Below, in pieces: positions 58,483-64,000 of a DNA stretch of 64,000 nucleotides. The first letter of the stretch is position 1, and the number at the start of each line of letters is the position of its first letter. The stretch lies in the sequence record OZ335959.1; one strand, 5' to 3'. The DNA is from a phage. Position numbers and translations under genes: made by a program. The notes under the pieces are model-generated. The model was given only the letters and a program-made list of their open reading frames with translations. It was not told the DNA's origin and searched no databases.

Positions 58483-58510
58483 TTTCTGTTCCTCCGTAGT
58501 TGATAGTTGT

Positions 58511-58540
58511 ATAGTACCACAGAGGAACAGTCTTGTAAAC
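58511..58540 (-). promoter_or_regulatory. Early promoter
   Basis: Minus strand GTTTAC, 18 bp, TACTAT; repeat module family. Confidence 0.55.
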
Positions 58541-58542
58541 CA

Positions 58543-58857
58543 CTAAAAGAAACTTCTTTCACAATTTTTTCCACTGAACCAGGCGCTCACTGCTTTCTTA
58601 GTCTCAGGAGCAGTGTTATCCATAAACCATTCAAAGGCAGCCTTTTTATGATTCTGGAGAGCTTCTCGGGCTTTAATCTGCTCACGGTCTATTAACACTA
58701 ACATGTGAGCCTTTCTTGTCACCATGGGCTTCTTATGATTTTTTGAATACTCCCAGTCATTTGTCCATCGCATTGTTGTTGCGAACTGAAATACTGCTTC
58801 TTTAATTTTAGTTTCGTAAATTTCACGAGCCTTTGAGTATAACATCACTACCTCCAT
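58543..58857 (-). CDS. Hypothetical protein, 104 aa
   Basis: Track ORF. Confidence 0.5.
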   Translation of the reverse strand: MEVVMLYSKAREIYETKIKEAVFQFATTMRWTNDWEYSKNHKKPMVTRKAHMLVLIDREQIKAREALQNHKKAAFEWFMDNTAPETKKAVSAWFSGKNCERSFF

Positions 58858-58946
58858 TTACCAGTTTAATTCTAGTCATCTTTTTAATGGCAGTCCATAT
58901 AATCTATTTCTGAACTGCCTTTTTGTCATAGAAGTCCTCTTATGAA

Positions 58947-59915
58947 TTATTTCAGAAGAGTAACCTCAGCAATTTCTTCCCAACCGTTTTTGTCGGTCAT
59001 AATAAAGTCAGCAAGATAAAGAGCAGTACGCAGTGAAACATTGCGTAAACGGTTAACATTAACTTTCATCCATGATAATGCTTTATAAGTTTCTTCATCA
59101 GAAAGACCGCGCTTTTGCATCATGTCAGTTGAAAGAATAACATCTTCAACCCTGACCATAATTTCTTCATTAGTGTGAACACCCAAATCTAAATAAACTG
59201 AGCGGGACACTAATGCTTGTAAATGTGGAGCAAGTTTAGTACCACGGTCTAATTCGCGGTCAATATCAACGTTTGTGATAAAAACAATCGTTCCTTTAAA
59301 TTCAAACTCACGCTCAATGCCTTTTTCTTCTAAGTAAGAAGACGCAGTGCTCCAGCAGACTTTACGGGTCTCTCCAGTGTCCAGAGCGGCTTTTAGAAGA
59401 TTAAGAATGTCCATATCAGAGAAAACATCCACATCATCAATCAAAAGGACAGAATTCTCTTCACGATTATTCCAAAGCTGCTCATAAAGACCAATACCAG
59501 AGATTTTACCATTAATGCTTTTATATTCAATGTATCCAATATCATTTGCTTTATTTAAAGCTTTATCTAAAGAATACGTTTTACCAATACCTGCTGCGCC
59601 AGAGATAATTAATGAACGAATATTTCCGTTAATAATACCATTCGTCATCATTCCCATAACATTAAATCTTTTATTAATGCGGGTTTTCATATCTTCATAC
59701 GATTCTTTAACTTCTTCAACTTTTACACCATCATATGAAATATCTGATTTGTAAACCCAAACACCGCGACGTTTACCGTCAATTTCAACAAAAACTTTAC
59801 CATCTCCTTGTGCATCTACCGGAGCATTATCTGGGAACCATTCGCCTAAGAGCTCAAAAGTTCCAGAGATTTCTTTACCGAAGTAGATACCCTTATTGAT
59901 AGTTACAGTTTTCAT
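58947..59915 (-). CDS. P-loop (AAA+-like) ATPase, about 322 aa
   Basis: Walker A GAAGIGKTYS and Walker B VLLIDDVD; trimmed to ATG at 59913-59915 with GGAG SD. Confidence 0.7.
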   Translation of the reverse strand: MKTVTINKGIYFGKEISGTFELLGEWFPDNAPVDAQGDGKVFVEIDGKRRGVWVYKSDISYDGVKVEEVKESYEDMKTRINKRFNVMGMMTNGIINGNIRSLIISGAAGIGKTYSLDKALNKANDIGYIEYKSINGKISGIGLYEQLWNNREENSVLLIDDVDVFSDMDILNLLKAALDTGETRKVCWSTASSYLEEKGIEREFEFKGTIVFITNVDIDRELDRGTKLAPHLQALVSRSVYLDLGVHTNEEIMVRVEDVILSTDMMQKRGLSDEETYKALSWMKVNVNRLRNVSLRTALYLADFIMTDKNGWEEIAEVTLLK

Positions 59916-59948
59916 TTTATTCTCCAAATCGTATCAGTTGATAGTTGT

Positions 59949-59978
59949 ATAGTACCATAAAGCTTTATGCCTGTAAAC
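59949..59978 (-). promoter_or_regulatory. Early promoter upstream of ATPase gene
   Basis: Minus strand GTTTAC, 18 bp, TACTAT. Confidence 0.55.
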
Positions 59979-59998
59979 CGTTTTGTGAAAAAATTTTG

Positions 59999-60026
59999 AA
60001 ATAAAAAAGGGAGCCCGAAGGCTCCC
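59999..60026 (-). terminator. Rho-independent terminator downstream of nucleotidyltransferase gene
   Basis: Minus strand GGGAGCC-TTCG-GGCTCCC followed by TTTTTTATTT. Confidence 0.65.
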
Positions 60027-60028
60027 TA

Positions 60029-61042
60029 TCATTTATAATAACTTCGGTGGTTTTCAAGATAAACCCTCTCAAGGAAGTCATCCCAAAAACCCATGTCTAC
60101 TTTTTGCTGCATACCGTTCTTAGAAGCTTCAATGGATGCTGCTTCTACCTGATCGACCACATCTTCCAAAAACTCTTGAACAGTTTTAAATGGATGTTTA
60201 CCCAACTTCACGTCGAGAATAAATGGAGCATCTTGGAGTGGATAGACTAAGTCACCAGTTTTGTAAATTTCCAATAGTTGGAGTCCACCACGACAAGCAT
60301 GACTCAATGCTTTCCAGTCAATACCTTCATTCGCTTCAGCCTTACGAGCACGTTCACCGTATTCAGCATCTAATTTGTTCAGTGACTGCTTAAGCTCAAT
60401 AAGAGAAAGTGTTGTCTGATATTTACGACCCAACACAGTGTAGAACGTTTGTGGGCCTGTTTTCTCATGATTATGGAATACCCATTCACAAAATTCGTTC
60501 TCTGGAAGACGATGCTTAATATCTTCAACTTTAGTTCGACGTTGCTTAATAGAGCCGTCTTCTTGGTAATCAACCCATTGCTCAGGGATTTGATTAACTA
60601 CTTTCAATACATCACGTAATGCGGCCAAACGAGAACCCTTGACGCCGTATTTAGAAGCTTGCTTGCGAACATATCCTAAATAGGATTTCATGTTAGTCGT
60701 ATAAAAACGAGAACGATTGTCTTGAATAAACTTCCATACATCAGGCAAATCTGATTTAACCACTAGCTCAGGTGGAGTATGGAGCATATCCAATGCTACA
60801 GTTTCACCATCTGCTGCTAATTTAAAGAAATATTTAAGACTGTATAGTTCATGGTCAATATCATCTTTAGTGTTTTTAGATGATGTGTTGTTAGTGTTTT
60901 TACTCATATGCTCTTTAACATTTCCGATAAGAATATCACGAGCAGGAGGAACAAAGATTTCTTTAAAATCTACATCAGATTCTGGAGTAGAAGTTCCATA
61001 AAGATGACTACCAAAATAGCTTTTCATTACTGTTTTCATCAT
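60029..61042 (-). CDS. Polymerase-beta-superfamily nucleotidyltransferase-domain protein, 337 aa
   Basis: N-terminal FGSHLYGTSTPESDVDF fits the hG[GS]x9-13Dh[DE]h NTase signature; C-terminal helical region. Confidence 0.65.
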   Translation of the reverse strand: MMKTVMKSYFGSHLYGTSTPESDVDFKEIFVPPARDILIGNVKEHMSKNTNNTSSKNTKDDIDHELYSLKYFFKLAADGETVALDMLHTPPELVVKSDLPDVWKFIQDNRSRFYTTNMKSYLGYVRKQASKYGVKGSRLAALRDVLKVVNQIPEQWVDYQEDGSIKQRRTKVEDIKHRLPENEFCEWVFHNHEKTGPQTFYTVLGRKYQTTLSLIELKQSLNKLDAEYGERARKAEANEGIDWKALSHACRGGLQLLEIYKTGDLVYPLQDAPFILDVKLGKHPFKTVQEFLEDVVDQVEAASIEASKNGMQQKVDMGFWDDFLERVYLENHRSYYK

Positions 61043-61524
61043 TCAGCCTTATATTCAATAACAGGACATACTTTAGCTTTACGCGCTTTTAAAAATTCGA
61101 CGATAATAGATTTCTTGGGTTGAATAGGCTCAAGTCCATTTTTGATTCGTTCTTCGTTTTGTACAATAAGCTCAATTTCTTTATTGAGCTTTCGGTCGTT
61201 ATATTTGTCTAACAACCAGGAAGGACCAATTACTGCCCCAACAGCAATAAGAACCATGACCGATAATGCTAAAATACCTATACCAATTGAAGCCGGAACT
61301 AATGTCCATAGACTACTAAAGACAAAGAATTTAATTAAAATTTCTTGGCCAATGATTGCAGCACCTGTTAAAGTTGCAAATCCAACAATTGAAACCGCTA
61401 ATACCGGGAGAAACGTTTTCCAAAAATAAGCACATAACGTTTTTGGACGATTCCATGTGCTATTAAATGCCGAGTAAATTTTAAAGTGCCAAGAGTTTTC
61501 ATTAATAACCATAGTTATAATCAT
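61039..61524 (-). CDS. Integral membrane protein, 161 aa
   Basis: Three to four predicted TM helices (LPVLAVSIVGFATLTGAAIIG, ILALSVMVLIAVGAVIGP). Confidence 0.55.
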   Translation of the reverse strand: MIITMVINENSWHFKIYSAFNSTWNRPKTLCAYFWKTFLPVLAVSIVGFATLTGAAIIGQEILIKFFVFSSLWTLVPASIGIGILALSVMVLIAVGAVIGPSWLLDKYNDRKLNKEIELIVQNEERIKNGLEPIQPKKSIIVEFLKARKAKVCPVIEYKAE

Positions 61525-62042
61525 CCTTTCATTGAAGGTGTAACAGTTGTTAAATACTTAATCATAGCTTCAGCTTCTGATTTTGATAATGAAATTTCTC
61601 CATTGTTTTGACGAATAGAAATAAAATCCGGATGACGGTCACTACCAGCTTTTAAAACACACATATAAGTATCAGTTTCATCTTCAATATTTGAAATGAT
61701 TGAAGCAGTTCCACATGAATGTGGTTTTTGATAAATCAATACAGCTTTTCTTCCACCGTTTGACTGTTCATAAACTTTTAACACATCAAACAAATCACTT
61801 CTTTTATCAATAGCTAAAATGTTATTTTCATCTTCAATGTTAAATCCTTCGGATACTTCATAAAGTGTCACCCATAAATCGCCAATATCAATGACAGCAT
61901 TCACCTTTCCATGATTTTCAAGAGCATTACAAATTTTCTTAATTTCATCATAACTCATTTTAATAATATCATCTCCTTGAATAAAGAAGATGTCATTTTT
62001 AAATTCAACACGAATTAAACCACTTTCACTTGAAATAAACAT
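61521..62042 (-). CDS. Hypothetical protein, 173 aa (paralogue of next gene)
   Basis: C-terminus SLSKSEAEAMIKYLTTVTPSM aligns with TFTKDEAIALKTYLDSVIPTM of the 62049-62612 product. Confidence 0.55.
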   Translation of the reverse strand: MFISSESGLIRVEFKNDIFFIQGDDIIKMSYDEIKKICNALENHGKVNAVIDIGDLWVTLYEVSEGFNIEDENNILAIDKRSDLFDVLKVYEQSNGGRKAVLIYQKPHSCGTASIISNIEDETDTYMCVLKAGSDRHPDFISIRQNNGEISLSKSEAEAMIKYLTTVTPSMKG

Positions 62043-62048
62043 ATTTCC

Positions 62049-62612
62049 TCACTTTGAAATCATAGTTGGAATGACAGAATCAAGATAAGTCTTTAGCGCA
62101 ATAGCTTCGTCTTTGGTAAATGTGACAATATGCGATCGAAAATCATCAATTTGACGAATAGTTAAGACATCTCCATCTTCATAACATTTTGATACGTTTA
62201 AAACAGTTTCATCATTCTGATCACACTGATCGCAAACGTTAGTAATAATAGCATTGCAATTTTTGAGCCATTTTAAACTATGTTTTCTTTCATTAGAATA
62301 ATAAAAATATTTAATCTTATCTATAAAACTATCCCAATGGATAACTGATAAACACGTTGACTCACTTTTAATATTAAATCCTGGGCATGAAGAATAAAAA
62401 TGAATTTTGTGCTCATCATTGATGCTTACTATTTTATCAGTATAAGGATATTCAATTTGGGTTAAATGAATGATTTCACTAGGCGTAAAATATAGCATAT
62501 CGTCTTCTTGCGTCAAACGATACATGTTATTTACTTTTTCTATAGCCAATTCACCAAAAAGCGGACTAACTTCTAATACTAATCGTTTCATATTAATTCT
62601 CTTTACTGACAT
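62049..62612 (-). CDS. Hypothetical protein, 187 aa (paralogue of previous gene)
   Basis: Shared C-terminal motif; tandem arrangement. Confidence 0.55.
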   Translation of the reverse strand: MSVKRINMKRLVLEVSPLFGELAIEKVNNMYRLTQEDDMLYFTPSEIIHLTQIEYPYTDKIVSINDEHKIHFYSSCPGFNIKSESTCLSVIHWDSFIDKIKYFYYSNERKHSLKWLKNCNAIITNVCDQCDQNDETVLNVSKCYEDGDVLTIRQIDDFRSHIVTFTKDEAIALKTYLDSVIPTMISK

Positions 62613-62871
62613 AAATTTGTTCTAAAATTTTAGAGTATTCCTTTGTATCAGATTTACGCACAATCGATACACTATAAGGCATACTATCAGTGTCTTTTAT
62701 AAAGCGTTCCAAATGACACTCTAACAAAATTTCTGGATTATAAATCGTGTACATCAAATTACCTGTTGCTCCACGATATTGGCAGATTTCTACTGATTGA
62801 GCATCATTCCACAATTTTGTTAAGACTAAATCACCTACTTCTAATTTCGGAAAGCTCACATTATTCACCAA
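62593..62871 (-). CDS. Hypothetical protein, 92 aa
   Basis: Track ORF. Confidence 0.5.
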   Translation of the reverse strand: MVNNVSFPKLEVGDLVLTKLWNDAQSVEICQYRGATGNLMYTIYNPEILLECHLERFIKDTDSMPYSVSIVRKSDTKEYSKILEQIYVSKEN

Positions 62872-63046
62872 TTAAAGTTTCAATATAAGAATCAAGATTT
62901 ACTTTAGCTTCTTCCATAAGAGTTTTGTATTTAATCTTGTTAGCATATCCAGAGAAAGCTGATTCATCAATAATTGTTGATGTATGAACAGCTTTACTAT
63001 ACATCTCAATTAATTCTCTTAATTTAAAAGCCTGCTCACTTGTCAT
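62861..63046 (-). CDS. Hypothetical protein, 61 aa
   Basis: Track ORF. Confidence 0.45.
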   Translation of the reverse strand: MTSEQAFKLRELIEMYSKAVHTSTIIDESAFSGYANKIKYKTLMEEAKVNLDSYIETLIGE

Positions 63047-63178
63047 TACATACTCCTTTGAATAATATCAATAATGTTGTTCACAAGATTATAAGTAAAC
63101 ATTGGGTAATTATATTGAATCATCACATACACAACAAACAAAACTTTCATTCTCTTCTCCTTGGCAGTTGACAAGATT

Positions 63179-63208
63179 ACTATATCATAACCTTGCCAAC
63201 TTGTAAAC
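63179..63208 (-). promoter_or_regulatory. Early promoter
   Basis: Minus strand GTTTAC, 18 bp, TATAGT. Confidence 0.45.
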
Positions 63209-63373
63209 CGTTAAATGGTGTTTTCAATAAAATTCTGAAGCTTTGTGTGAGCATCAACCATGATTTTCATTTCTTCCTTTGCGAAAGCTGTACCTCTTTC
63301 TCGAGCAGAATACTCATAGTCAGAAACTGCATTAGCATATTCTTCAATTAGCTTCATTAAAAACATCTGCTTT

Positions 63374-63568
63374 TCAGTTTTCATTATTCCACCTAATCAT
63401 TTCAAGATATTGAACTAACTTAGCTTTGGATTTATCCAAATCCTTTTTAGCTGCTTCTATACCATCGTATGGGTATCCTTCACAATGCTCAACTGCTAAT
63501 TGGTATGAATCTATTTCAACATCACGTGCTAATTTAATGATTTTTTCAAACTGTTCACGTGTTAGCAT
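63374..63568 (-). CDS. Hypothetical protein, 64 aa
   Basis: Track ORF. Confidence 0.45.
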   Translation of the reverse strand: MLTREQFEKIIKLARDVEIDSYQLAVEHCEGYPYDGIEAAKKDLDKSKAKLVQYLEMIRWNNEN

Positions 63569-63570
63569 AC

Positions 63571-63810
63571 TTAAACTCTCGTATTATGATCGATAATTTC
63601 ATCAAGAAACATATCTAAAGCTTCTACAGCATTATCAACTTTAGCTTCAAGTTCTTCAGCGCCTTTATTTGTAATGCCTGCCGAAAACCAGGCAAAGTCA
63701 CTAAGTTCCTCATCTGCTTTGCGAATTAAAGCTACCAATTCTTTAATTTTATCTGCTTGTTCAATGCTAATCATTATTCCACCACATATGAAAGAGAGAA
63801 TATTGCACAC
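63571..63810 (-). CDS. Hypothetical acidic protein, 79 aa
   Basis: Track ORF. Confidence 0.45.
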   Translation of the reverse strand: MCNILSFICGGIMISIEQADKIKELVALIRKADEELSDFAWFSAGITNKGAEELEAKVDNAVEALDMFLDEIIDHNTRV

Positions 63811-63962
63811 GCCATATGAGTTGCAGCTTCATCACACATATCATAACGTTTCTTAAGAAGTTCTACAAGTTCTTCACTAGTAACTTCATCCATGTCGACG
63901 AAAAAATCACCATTAATGATGACGTAGATATTTCCTTCTTGATTAAGTGCTTCAATTTTCAT
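63774..63962 (-). CDS. Hypothetical protein, 62 aa
   Basis: Track ORF. Confidence 0.4.
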   Translation of the reverse strand: MKIEALNQEGNIYVIINGDFFVDMDEVTSEELVELLKKRYDMCDEAATHMACAIFSLSYVVE

Positions 63963-64000
63963 GATGTTCTCCTCTTTATCCGATGGTTGTATAGTATCAC

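Larger units (their letters stand above)
59930..60026 (-). repeat. Dispersed ~100-bp module (terminator hairpin + early promoter + leader), copy B
   Basis: Near-identical to 3113-3216. Confidence 0.65.

Noticed and set aside
3113-60026. Repeated ~30-100 bp elements as a possible CRISPR array or transposon ends
   Set aside because: Copies are dispersed at gene boundaries rather than clustered, have promoter architecture (GTTTAC, 18 bp, -10) and no unique spacers; no transposase or integrase ORF found.
1-64000. tRNA or other structured RNA genes
   Set aside because: No cloverleaf-compatible segments seen by eye; the T4 tRNA cluster maps elsewhere in the genome. A tRNAscan run would be needed to exclude them formally.

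Overview
This 64-kb window reads as a contiguous segment of a T4-like (T-even, Tevenvirinae) myovirus genome, not a bacterial chromosome. Apart from the 3' end of holin t (1-366) and one 66-aa ORF, every gene lies on the minus strand, in an order collinear with the T4 early/middle region: asiA, arn, motA, 52, stp, ndd, denB, rIIB, rIIA, 39, cef, motB, dexA, dda, srd, modA, modB, soc, 56, 61, sp, dmd, 41, 40, uvsX, 42, imm, 43, regA, 62, 44, 45, rpbA, 46, 47, alpha-gt, 55, nrdG, nrdD, 49, nrdC and the nrdC-distal block. Calls rest on protein sequences and lengths I recognise from T4, conserved motifs, and gene order; no database search was run. Regulatory signals are the expected phage ones: about 15 copies of an early-promoter module (GTTTAC, 18 bp, TAnnnT), MotA-box middle promoters, a TATAAATA late promoter before soc, and many GC-stem tetraloop hairpins. 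I found no tRNA, rRNA, CRISPR array, intron or homing-endonuclease gene. The phage differs from T4 proper in four ways: topoisomerase gene 39 is one unsplit 606-aa ORF, a DxD glycosyltransferase replaces beta-gt, nrdD has no intron, and no dam/gene 69 is present between 56 and 61. I did not find a clearly foreign or novel system; the best candidates for follow-up are the AAA+ ATPase / nucleotidyltransferase pair (58947-61042), the run of coiled-coil-tailed proteins (53522-58482), the plus-strand ORF at 24923-25123, and the small counter-defence cluster between 41 and 61.
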